From contig CAWCLH010000019.1 of NCBI GenBank assembly GCA_963796315.1, positions 256,676-320,675 of the forward strand: a stretch of 64,000 nucleotides of DNA, in the 5' to 3' direction. Shown one piece after another: positions 30,577-39,455 of the stretch (its first letter is position 1; each line of letters starts with the position of its first letter). The translations under genes and the position numbers were made by a program. This stretch comes from an uncultured Actinomycetota bacterium (GTDB lineage: Bacteria; Actinomycetota; Thermoleophilia; RBG-16-64-13). Under the pieces are notes generated by a model that did not search any database, was not told where the DNA came from, and was given only the letters and a program-made list of their open reading frames with translations.

Positions 30577-31018
30577 TTCCCAATCAGCCTTATCTTCCCT
30601 CTCTTATGAGGGGATTCCTACCCTTCGCACGGCCTCAGTCCTTCACGGTGGTACACGAAAATACGGACCATCGAACGGCGCCGGGGGCGTCGCCGTGCGG
30701 CTTCCTCTGGCGCGGCCCGGTGCAGGTCGTGCGGCAGGTGGCACGGCCCTTCGTCCGACAGTACGTCATACGCCACAGCATCTCTGTGTCCTACTCCCGC
30801 GACAGCCACGCGTGAAGCTCGCCGCGCGAGGCTCGTGCTTCTGCGAGCAGCTCGGCAGGCGGGGACGCGGCCGGCAAGGCTTGGGGCACCTGCCCCCGTC
30901 GCCGTCCACGCTCAGCAGAGAAGCCACTCACCGCGGCGTGCCAGCAGCTCCAGGACCGCGCCGTTCACGCCGACCACTTGAATGTCGCCAGCAATGCGAA
31001 ACTGACCCCCTTCCAGCA

Positions 31019-32293
31019 ATGCGGGGTTCCAGGGTGAATTCCAGGCATCGTCGCAACACTCAGGCCTCGTACGAGCGTAGCGCATTGTGGTGAACCTCTG
31101 CTGGCGTGCGCCACCCCAAGCCCTTGCGCGGACGGTGGTTGAGCAACTCCTCGACCGCTCGCAGTTCCTGCGGCGCGTGCCGGGAGAGGTCGCTGCCCTT
31201 GGGGGAGTGCTGGCGCAGCAGACGGTTGGTGTTCTCGTAGGTGCCGCGCTGCCACGGGGCGCCAGGGTGGGCGAAGAAGACGCCCTTGTCGAGGAGTCCC
31301 CCGATGCCGTCATGGGCCGCCATCTCGGGACCCTGGTCCCAGGTCAGCGTCCTCCGTTCGGAAACCGCCATCGCTCCGAACGTGCTGCGCAGCGCAACAC
31401 AGACCGCATCGGCGCCGTGGCCAGCGGGAAGATGCACGAGGCGCACCAGGCGAGAGTGCCGGTCGACCAGGGTGCCGATCGCGGACCTGTGCTGGCGCCC
31501 GACGATGAGGTCTCCCTCCCAGTCCCCGAGCCGCACTCGGCCGGCCGCCGCCGAGGAGCGCTCGTCGATCAGCTGCGAGGAGGCTTTGAATCGCGGGGTG
31601 CGCACGGCCGGCCGGCGCCGCCTCTGACGCAGCGGTCTCCCGGTGCGCAGGCGCTTTGTGAGCGTGCGTGCGAGCCCCGAGAGCGCCGGCGCGTAGAGGC
31701 CCTGGTAGATGGTCTCGTGGCAGAGGTGCCAGTGTGGCCTCGCCGGGTAGGTTTGGCGTAGCCACGCGGCGATCTGCTCCGGCGACCAGTCCATGACCAG
31801 GTGGTCGGCGACGAGCTCCCTCAGCTCCGCGTCGAGCTTGAGCTTCCCGGGCCGGGACCGTCTCGCCCGGGATCGAGCCCGGGCGTGGGCGAGGTCGCCA
31901 TCGTAGACGCCGCGGTCGTACGGCGCGAGGTTGCGAACAAGCTCGCGGCTCACCGTCGACGCTGCGCGCCCCAGCGCACGGGCGATTGAGCGCACCGATT
32001 CACCCCGGGCGCGCAGGGTCGCGATGCGCTGCCGCTCGAGTAGCGAGAGGTACCGAATCGAATGCTCGGCCTCGACCGGACGCACCGGGGCGATGCCACC
32101 GCGCTCCTTGCGCCAGCGGCAACCGGTCTTGCGAGTGATGCCGACACGCCGGCACGGTTCCACGGTGCCGGCGCCGGGCAAGGATGAACTGCCAGTACTC
32201 GTCTTCCAGATGAAGCCGTCTCTTGCGTCCTCTGCGACCCATGCACACGTTCTGATCGTTGGAGAGTGTTGCATCGAGCACTGGAACCCGCAT
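31019..32293 (-). mobile_element. IS30-family insertion sequence
   Basis: An imperfect terminal inverted repeat flanks a DDE transposase: AGTGTTGC...CTGGAACCC(C)GCAT at 32265-32293 and, reverse-complemented, at 31019-31060. No target-site duplication was recognised. Confidence 0.6.
31060..32242 (-). pseudogene. IS30-family transposase; one +1 frameshift near 32175
   Basis: MGRRGRKRRLHLEDEYWQFILA | GAGTVEPCRRVGITRKTGCRWRKE (HTH), then the DDE region GDWEGDLIVG .. TLTWDQGPEM .. PWQRGTYENTNRLLRQ. Confidence 0.85.
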
Positions 32294-32858
32294 GATGCAC
32301 AGGGGTTCATTTCAGGGTGCTGTTGACATGAAGCAGACGTTGGCGTCTCGAGCGGAGCCTGACTCGGCATCTCGGGGGTCACAGTGTCGCCGGTGGGGGC
32401 CGGCCACCAGACAGAATCCTTGGGGACTGAGGGGACGTTCGTGACGCGTGTCAATGCCGAAGCTAATGGTTCTCCGCAATTGCGAGCCTTCGGCTTCCCA
32501 ACTACCAGACGAGTGCCCAAGGCCCGACACAACCTCTCGGAAGACGACAATACATTACGATGGAGTTCGTCCCGAGGACGAAAAGACCCTAAGTCCGAAG
32601 AAGCCTGGCAAGAAGAGATCCAACTACTAATTATAGAATTATAATAGAAGCGACACCCTACGCATACGCAAGTGACAACAACGATTAACATCCTGGAGTC
32701 GACAATGCTACGGTCGCTGTAGTAGCTTCATATGCTCCATAGCGAAAAGATGAGAGACATGCGTGGCTATTGTAGCCGGTTCTCACCTCGGATAAGGTGC
32801 CGCCTGGTCTGGCCGACAAGGCCAGCAGGCACGGGACGGAGGGAAGGAGAACCGGCAC

Positions 32859-34391
32859 ATGGCAAGCAGTCAACGGTCGGTGCAACGCGGGTATCTGATC
32901 GCAGTGGGGCTCGTTGTCCTGCTGCTTATCGGTGGCATTTTGCCTACGACGAGGGGGTCGGCTTCGGGCGATAGCGCGTTCTACGATGTTGGCAGCTCCG
33001 ATTCGGAACTGTGGAAGGCGGCGTGGTACGTCAAACAGAACGGAATCTTCGAAGGGTACGATGGTGCGCTGCACCCGTGGGAACCGATGACGCGCCGCCA
33101 TGTCGCTTTGGTTCTCGAACGCGCCGGGCGCGGCTCACGCCCCAACTGGACGGACGACTATCAGACAGCGACCAGGGGCGAAGTCCTGGCGGCATTCCCG
33201 GGCCTGGCGTGGACCGAGGAACGGTGGTCCGAGAAGGTACTCCGCTCCCAAGTGGTTCGATTGATCTACCGAGGGAGGGCAGATCTCAACGGGGCCCTCC
33301 CGAGCAAAGTGGTCTCGGCCTCGCTCCCCCCTGCCTCCCAGGACGGAGCCATCCCCGAGGTCTCCGAGGCATTCGACGTCAGCACCTACGGCGCCACGGG
33401 CGACGGCCGCACCAACGACACGGCCGCCATCCAGCGGGCCATCGACGCCGCCGCCCGCACGTTCGGCACCGTCACCTTCCCGGCGGGCACCTTCCGGGTC
33501 GAATCGACCCTCTACCTGAAGAGCAACGTCACCGTGTCCGGGGTCGCGGGCCAGACCGTGCTCTCCATGCCGGCCAAGAGTTCGGCCACCGCCCTCTTCT
33601 ACGGGTCGGGTCTCAGCAACGTCACCCTGCAGAACCTCACCCTGCGCTCGACCGGTCCCCAGAGTTGGGTCTACGGGATCTCCACCTCCGGCATGCAGGC
33701 GAGCACCTTGCGCAACCTGCGCTTTGAGGATCTCCAGTTCGGCATGAAACTGGGGGGCGGGAACCTGTCCACCGGTTGGCTTGTGGAGGACATCGTCGCC
33801 CGGCACACTCGAGCCCCCCTCTACCTGGGGGACGTCCACGATTCGACCTTCCGCCGGCTCGACCTGGAAGGGGCGGGCACGGACGCGACCATCCCTCGAC
33901 CACTGCATCTACATCAACGCGAACGTGCAGGACTCGTTCGTTCGAGGACCTCAGCCTGACCAAGCCCTCGGGCTACGCCTTCCACATCGACCCCAACAAC
34001 GGCACCGCTCCCACCACCAGACTGGTCTTTCGCCGGGTCTTGGCCGACGCGTCCTGGAGCGGTAGCCCCATGGTCATCGCTGGGAGCCTCGCCACCGGCA
34101 TTCAGATCTACGATCTCACCGCCATCGGTGCCAACCGGTACGACCAGGCCATCCTGATGCTCGATAGTGCCCAGCAACATCCTGGTGGACGGCTTCCAGG
34201 CCAAGGGCAACAACTACCTCGTGCGCCAGTTCGGGGGCAGCAGCGCCAACGGGGTCACCTTCCGCAACGGCAACTTCAACGGCGTGCGGTTGGACTACGG
34301 CAGCCCGGCCACGCAGAACCTGGTCTTCCAGTCGGTCACTCTGAATGGGCCCAACGATATCGTCGCCTTGCCGGAACTGCCACATTCCTAG
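32859..34391 (+). pseudogene. SLH-domain cell-surface protein with a right-handed beta-helix (pectate-lyase-like) domain; three +1 frameshifts
   Basis: TM/signal segment, then an SLH-like FYDVGSSDSELWKAAWYVKQNGIFEGYDGALHPWEPMTRRHVALVL, then the beta-helix start DVSTYGATGDGRTNDTAAIQRAIDAA. Switches near 33890, 33935 and 34168. Confidence 0.7.
33375..34351 (+). repeat. Copy 1 of a ~0.98 kb near-identical direct repeat (beta-helix coding module)
   Basis: Aligns base for base with 35172-36148 at a constant offset of 1797 at both ends. Differences are a few substitutions and single-base indels. Confidence 0.9.
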
Positions 34392-34439
34392 GAAATCCTC
34401 AATAGCGTTGCGGCGCCCATGCCGCCCGTCTACGCCTGT

Positions 34440-34605
34440 CCCCCACACCTCATCGAACACCTCCCCGACCTCCCCGCCCTGGCCGAGGAGGCAGCCCAAC
34501 GACTGGAGCTACACCGAGTCCCTGGAGCGCCTGCTGCACGAGGAGACGGAGGCCGCCGACCGCCGAGCGGTGGAGATGCTCGAGAAGGTGGCGACCCTGC
34601 GACTG
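34440..34605 (+). pseudogene. IstB (IS21 helper ATPase) N-terminal fragment
   Basis: LIEHLPDLPALAEEAAQR | WSYTESLERLLHEETEAADRRAVEMLEKVA, read over two frames, resembles the N-terminus of IstB proteins. No ATPase domain follows. Confidence 0.4.
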
Positions 34606-34877
34606 TACTTGGTGGCCTCCGGTCGCCGCCGGAGCCTGCATGGAACCCCTTGCAGTGATCCGGGGGGTTCAGGCGATTCCAGGACTGGGCGAAGACCGGG
34701 CGCACGCCAGTCTGCGGACACCCCTGGATCTTCCCCCAGCCCTGCGTAAAGGGAAAGGCCGGTGAAGGAGCCGATATCCCCGGCAGCCCTTTCTTCGTGA
34801 CGACTCATATGGCGTAACACCAACCCGGCCACTGCGTTAACTGATCATGTAGTCCGCGGGCAGTTCACGAGAACTCC

Positions 34878-34962
34878 CACACGAAAAGGCACACCCACCG
34901 CGAGGTGGGGCCGCAAAGCCACGGGACTCCCGTCGGGAGTCAGCCGGGTTGCCGAAGTCTTG
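34878..34962 (+). promoter_or_regulatory. Class I c-di-GMP riboswitch (GEMM-I) candidate in the 5' leader of the 35025 gene
   Basis: AAAAGGCACACC-CACC-GCGA-GGTG-GGGCCGCAAAGCCACGGGACTCCC-GTC-GGGAGTCAGCCGGGTTGCCGAAG matches the conserved GGCAAACC / GNRA hairpin / GACGCAAAGCC / second hairpin / GGGGTTACCGA architecture of GEMM-I. Confidence 0.65.
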
Positions 34963-35171
34963 CGGGGTCGAGCCCTAAAGGCTTCAGCGCAAGTTGAAGT
35001 AGACCCCTGCATCGGGAGGTACACGTGCAGACTACAAGAGCGCAGCATTCTCGCCGCCGTCAACGTCCGGCACCGCTACACCTTATCTTCTTGGTAGTGT
35101 TGACACTGATGCTGGTCGCGACGGTCTTCGCCGGAGCGTTTCCCAGTCACGCCGGCGCCGTGGGGTTCTAC

Positions 35172-36148
35172 GACGTCAGCACCTACGGCGCCACGGGCGA
35201 CGGCCGCACCAACGACACGGCCGCCATCCAGCGGGCCATCGATGCCGCCGCCCGCACGTTCGGCACCGTCACCTTCCCGGCGGGCACCTTCCGGGTGGAA
35301 TCGGCCCTCTACCTGAAGAGCAACGTCACCGTGTCCGGGGTCGCCGGCCAGACCGTGCTCTCCATGCCGGCCAAGAGCTCGGCCACCGCCCTCTTCTACG
35401 GGTCGGGTCTCAGCAACGTCACCCTGCAGAACCTCACCCTGCGCTCGACCGGTCCCCAGAGTTGGGTCTACGGGATCTCCACCTCCGGCATGCAGGCGAG
35501 CACCTTGCGCAACCTGCGCTTTGAGGATCTCCAGTTCGGCATGAAACTGGGGGGCGGGAACCTGTCCACCGGTTGGCTTGTGGAGGACATCGTCGCCCGG
35601 CACACTCGAGCCCCCCTCTACCTGGGGGACGTCCACGATTCGACCTTCCGCCGGCTCGACCTGGAAGGGGCGGGCACGGATGCAGCCTATCCCTCGACCA
35701 CTGCCTCTACATCAACGCGAACGTGCAGGACTCTTCGTTCGAGGACCTCACGCCTGACCAAGCCCTCGGGCTACGCCTTCCACATCGACCCCAACAACGG
35801 CACCGCTCCCACCACCAGACTGGTCTTTCGCCGGGTCTTGGCCGACGCGTCCTGGAGCGGTAGCCCCATGGTCATCGCTGGGAGCCTCGCCACCGGCATT
35901 CAGATCTACGATCTCACCGCCATCGGTGCCAACCGGTACGACCAGGCCATCCTGATGCTCGATAGGCCCACCAACATCCTGGTGGACGGCTTCCAGGCCA
36001 AGGGCAACAACTACCTCGTGCGCCAGTTCGGGGGCAGCAGCGCCAACGGAGTCACCTTCCGCAACGGCAACTTCAACGGCGCGCGGTTGGACTACGGTAG
36101 CCCGGCCACGCAGAACCTGGTCTTCCAGTCGGTCACTCTGAATGGGCC
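35172..36148 (+). repeat. Copy 2 of the ~0.98 kb direct repeat
   Basis: See 33375-34351. Confidence 0.9.
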
Positions 36149-36167
36149 GGCCTACCCGGTCGCTACG

Positions 36168-36340
36168 ACCACCACGCAGGCGCCCACGACCACCACGACC
36201 GTCCGGCCCACGACGACCACGCTGGCGCCCACGACCACTACCACGGTCCGTCCCACGACGCACTACGCTGGCGCCCACGACGACCACGCTGGCCCCGACG
36301 ACCACGACCCTGATTCCAGCACCCACCACCACGCGGACGG
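36168..36340 (+). repeat. Tandem 45-bp coding repeat (A-P-T-T-T-T-T-V-R-P-T-T-T-T-L units)
   Basis: Unit 36180-36224 is 45 nt. The next unit, 36225-36270, is 46 nt with an extra C (ACGACG[C]ACTACG), followed by two shortened units. Confidence 0.8.
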
Positions 36341-37173
36341 CTACTCCGGCGTCTCCCGACGGTCAGGGAGGCTGGTACGTGACCGCCCCGAGCATCACGC
36401 TCTCTACCAGTTCCGCCGCTACCATCCACTACGCTTGGGCTGCCGGCTCGTTCGGCATTTACACGGGCTCGCTGACCGCCCCCGAGGGGACCACCGCGCT
36501 CTCATACTACGCCACGGCCCCGGGGAGCGAGACTGAGGCGACCAGGAGCGTCATGTATAGCGTTGACACGGTCGCCCCCCAGACCCCGCTCCTTACGGTC
36601 GTACCTTCGGGCACTGGTGTTGTCACTCTGAGTTGGGTCTCGTCCGACGCGGTCAGCGGCGTTGCCTTCTACGACGTCTTCATGGACGGGAACCTGCTGG
36701 GGAGCGTCGGGCCGGTCTCCACGTACCCCGTCTCCGGCCTCCTTGCCGGGAGCACGCACGCGTTCCAGGTCCGTGCCCACGACGTCGCCAGCAACCTGTC
36801 GGCGCTGAGCAACTCGGCGGCGGTGACCACAACCCTGGCCCTCGCCACCACAACGAGCCCGATCCGGGTAGCGTCGCTGAGTGTCACCGCAGTGACGCTC
36901 AGGAGGGCCTGGCAGGTCAGGGCCACCGTCAAGATCACTAATCTCTCTAACCAGCCGGTTTCGAAAGTCAGGGTGACCGGCATGTGGAGTGGCGCGGCCA
37001 CGGGCAGTTCCTCCAGTCTGACCAACGCGAGCGGCGTTGCGGTCCTGACATCGCCCAAGTTTGCGCCGGGAGGGGCCGCGACCTTCACCGTCACCGACGC
37101 AACGAAGACCGGCTACACGTACGACCCGGCCTCCAACCTTGTCCCGGGCTTGACCACACCGTAGGGCTATGAC

Positions 37174-37217
37174 GCGCGGGGCGGGAGGCCGACAATCCGC
37201 CGGCTCCCGCCCCGCGC
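37174..37217 (+). terminator. Hairpin terminator after the 35025-37164 gene
   Basis: Perfect 14-bp arms GCGCGGGGCGGGAG / CTCCCGCCCCGCGC, 10 nt after the stop. Confidence 0.6.
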
Positions 37218-37486
37218 CCTGTTGGGCACAAATCGGTGCCGTTCGGCCGGCCCCGGGTTGTCAGGCATGGACCCCCAAATTCCTCGTGGGAGTACGCGCG
37301 GAACCCGACCAACGAGGCGGAGATACCGTGCTTCGACCGGCGCGCGGCGAGGAGTGGAACGCCTCAATTTCTGCGACCAAGAGGTCTCGCAAACCCCTTG
37401 CTAGCGCGGCCAGCGGGGGTATCGAGTCCGGCAGAGGGCGTGGCGCTTATATCAAGAGGCGAAAACCAAGATCACAGGGCTAACCT

Positions 37487-37533
37487 TCTCATTCGTAATG
37501 AGCAGGTCCGGGCTTCGAATCCCTGCGTCGGCT
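37487..37533 (+). repeat. Displaced 3' half of tRNA-Thr (anticodon arm to discriminator); att-type island boundary
   Basis: TCTCATTCGTAATGAGCAGGTCCGGGCTTCGAATCCCTGCGTCGGCT versus the tRNA GCTCACTCGTAATGAGCAGGTCTGGGGTTCGAATCCCCACGTCGGCT. Five mismatches over the last 46 nt, the T stem no longer pairs fully, and no 5' half is present. Confidence 0.8.
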
Positions 37534-37920
37534 TCAAGGAAGACCTCGCTACAGGCGGGGTTCGGCTCGAGTGGCCGACTGGGCACTAGGCGGGAACAGC
37601 CTGCGTCCTGATGTTCGTCGTACGAAAAGCGCCGAATGGCCTCATCCTGTGTGCTCGATAACTCGTTAGTCACGAGTGATGCCTCCCCCTCGATTTCCGG
37701 CACAACGTGCGCATAGAATCCTGTACGGTGCTTCGTCAGGTGGGTGCGCCCTCGCGTTGAAGCGAATGAGCCGCTTTGCTTCAGCGATCTCCAGAGGCCT
37801 ATCTCTGGAGGTGTAGTGCGGTACAACGCGAATAGAATATTCACCTGCAGCCATCAAGGCACCGGCCAACGCCTTCGGTCGCTGACCTAAAAGGCCAGAT
37901 GATGCTACTCGAGTTCAAGA

Positions 37921-37949
37921 TTGACACCGAATGTGCCCTGATGAATACT
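37921..37949 (+). promoter_or_regulatory. Putative promoter of the 38000 gene
   Basis: TTGACA (37921-37926), a 17-nt spacer, AATACT (37944-37949), in an AT-richer stretch. Confidence 0.3.
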
Positions 37950-37999
37950 TGGAGATGGTGCCATGGGGAGGCTACCAAGGGAGAGGGTGAGGAGAGGGC

Positions 38000-38509
38000 A
38001 TGAGACGATTGTTGCTGCCGCTTGTTGTTGTGGTGTTCGCTCTCGCTGTTGCAGGACCGGCGACGGCCAAGCCGGCTGGCGCGCCGTCGGTGCGCAGTGT
38101 GTCCGGGGATTTTGTGTGGCTCGCAGGAACCGAGCACGTCACGGTACGTGCCAAAGGTAACGCGGCGAAGGCGTCCGGCCGGCTGTATTGGGTAAGCAGC
38201 TACGCCGACGGCTCAACGGTCAGGTTGTGGACACGCTATTCCGTAGTAGGCATCTATACAGAGGAGAACCGCGCCGTCGTCCTAGCGCGGGAGATAGCCA
38301 GGAGCGACGAGGCGGATCTTCGAAGCGGCTTCCGCGCTTTCATTCTGGCCGATGAAGGGGAGACTGGAGGCCAATTCTGTTTCGAATGCGGAGGGGGGAC
38401 CGAGAGATGGCAAACCGATGAAGAGTACATCCTGGCCCTTGAGCTTTACGAACAAGGGTGGTTTGAGCCGTACACGTACCCCATTACTGGGAGGCTTTCG
38501 ATTCGTTAG
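38000..38509 (+). CDS. Hypothetical secreted protein
   Basis: Intact 169 aa. Signal peptide MRRLLLPLVVVVFALAVAGPATA|KP. RBS GGGTGAGGAGAGGG. I recognise no family. Confidence 0.55.
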   Translation: MRRLLLPLVVVVFALAVAGPATAKPAGAPSVRSVSGDFVWLAGTEHVTVRAKGNAAKASGRLYWVSSYADGSTVRLWTRYSVVGIYTEENRAVVLAREIARSDEADLRSGFRAFILADEGETGGQFCFECGGGTERWQTDEEYILALELYEQGWFEPYTYPITGRLSIR

Positions 38510-38693
38510 TGACTCGGGCGACCTTTAGCAACGGGAGAGCCCAATAGCGCCCCGGCCCCAATCGGCGCCTGTCGGTGCTCGTGGGGCTGACGGTCGGGGT
38601 CGTCCTCCCAGAGATCCCGCCACAGCCCGTCAGCACGGCGGCCAAGAGGAGCACCGCTCCGAGGATGACTCTCCGCACGGTTCCGCGTCTCAT
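38484..38693 (-). CDS. Possible small lipoprotein
   Basis: MRRGTVRRVILGAVLLLAAVLTGC lipobox. Short, and it overlaps the 3' end of the convergent gene by 26 nt. Confidence 0.3.
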   Translation of the reverse strand: MRRGTVRRVILGAVLLLAAVLTGCGGISGRTTPTVSPTSTDRRRLGPGRYWALPLLKVARVTNESKASQ

Positions 38694-38781
38694 CGGATCG
38701 CCGGTGAGCATCTGACAACCGGTGGGCGAAGCCCGTTCCCCGTGAGAGAGTGGTGAGAAGAGGTTGGGCTGCGTCTCACGT

Positions 38782-39444
38782 TCAGGAATCCGCCTCGACC
38801 TTCTCCCGCCACGGCGCCACCCTGGCGAGCAGCCAGGAGCCGAGGACCAGCGCGGTCAGCAGGGCGTAGCCGATCTCCGTGGTGGTGATCGCCTTGACCG
38901 ACCACCAGTAGTGGATCGTCACCAGGACGGCCGCCGCGGGCGTCAGCCAGGCAAGAAGGGATCGGAGGCCGGTGCCCCCGCCGACGCCGCCGTCCCGACG
39001 TCCGAGGGCCAGGGGCAGCACTCCCCGCGCCAGAAGCAGCACCAGGGCGGCGAGGCCGACCAGCGCGAACCGCTTCTCGGCGACGGCGTCCCACAGCAGG
39101 GAGGGGTCGAAGGCGTAGTCCAGACCCACGAAGACCAAGACGTGGACCCCTGCCCAGCCCAACACGGCCCAGCCGAGGACCCGGCGCAGGGGGGAGAGCC
39201 TCTCTGGCCCCCAGCCGCGCGGGGTGAGTCGCGCGAGGCGGAGCACGCGTGCGACCGGGGTCACCCCCAGGCTGAGCAGCAGCAACAGGTAGGCCGCCTT
39301 CCCCGTCTGTCGCTCGAGCTCCTGGATGGGGTTGGCCGTGAGCCGGTCGCCGGCGGCGTTCAGGAGTAGCAGCACCAGGGGCGCCAGCGCCAACGTGAGG
39401 GCCAGGACCAGTTGGATGGCGGAGAAGAGCGACGGCCGGCGCAC
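38782..39444 (-). CDS. msrQ: Protein-methionine-sulfoxide reductase heme-binding subunit MsrQ
   Basis: 220 aa polytopic protein directly downstream of msrP. ANPIQELERQTGKAAYLLLLLSLGVTP and ..VTIHYWW are YedZ/MsrQ-like. Confidence 0.8.
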   Translation of the reverse strand: MRRPSLFSAIQLVLALTLALAPLVLLLLNAAGDRLTANPIQELERQTGKAAYLLLLLSLGVTPVARVLRLARLTPRGWGPERLSPLRRVLGWAVLGWAGVHVLVFVGLDYAFDPSLLWDAVAEKRFALVGLAALVLLLARGVLPLALGRRDGGVGGGTGLRSLLAWLTPAAAVLVTIHYWWSVKAITTTEIGYALLTALVLGSWLLARVAPWREKVEADS

Positions 39445-39455
39445 CGCGCGCCGGC

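Larger units (their letters stand above)
35025..37164 (+). pseudogene. Secreted beta-helix protein with a Thr/Pro linker, chitobiase-C-like and FN3-like domains; three frameshifts
   Basis: GTG follows GGGAGG. Signal/TM LIFLVVLTLMLVATVFAGAF. The same beta-helix module as 32859-34391, then TTTTLAPTTTT repeats, ITLSTSSAATIHYAWAAGSFGIYTGSL and FN3-like VTLSWVSSDAVSGVAFYDVFMDG. Switches near 35690, 35750 and 36265. Confidence 0.7.
30577..37533. mobile_element. tRNA-Thr-associated genomic island (about 7 kb) bounded by the intact tRNA and a displaced copy of its 3' half
   Basis: A 47-nt imperfect direct repeat joins tRNA positions 30530-30576 to 37487-37533. The interior holds IS30, an IstB fragment, duplicated surface-protein genes and AT-richer patches. 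Confidence 0.6.

Noticed and set aside
32243-32691. N-terminal 150 residues of the 543-aa 'transposase' ORF
   Set aside because: This part lies outside the inverted repeat of the IS30 element and has no transposase motifs. The true N-terminus (MGRRGRKRRLHLEDEYWQF) is in another frame starting at 32242.
36168-36340. Short regularly spaced repeats as a possible CRISPR array
   Set aside because: The units are contiguous 45-bp coding repeats for a Thr/Pro linker inside an ORF, with no spacers. I saw no CRISPR-like repeat-spacer structure anywhere in the window.
37487-37533. A second tRNA-Thr gene
   Set aside because: Only the anticodon arm, variable loop, T arm and acceptor 3' strand are present. 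No acceptor 5' strand or D arm precedes them, and the T stem has a mismatch at the conserved closing pair. I treat it as an att-type remnant.
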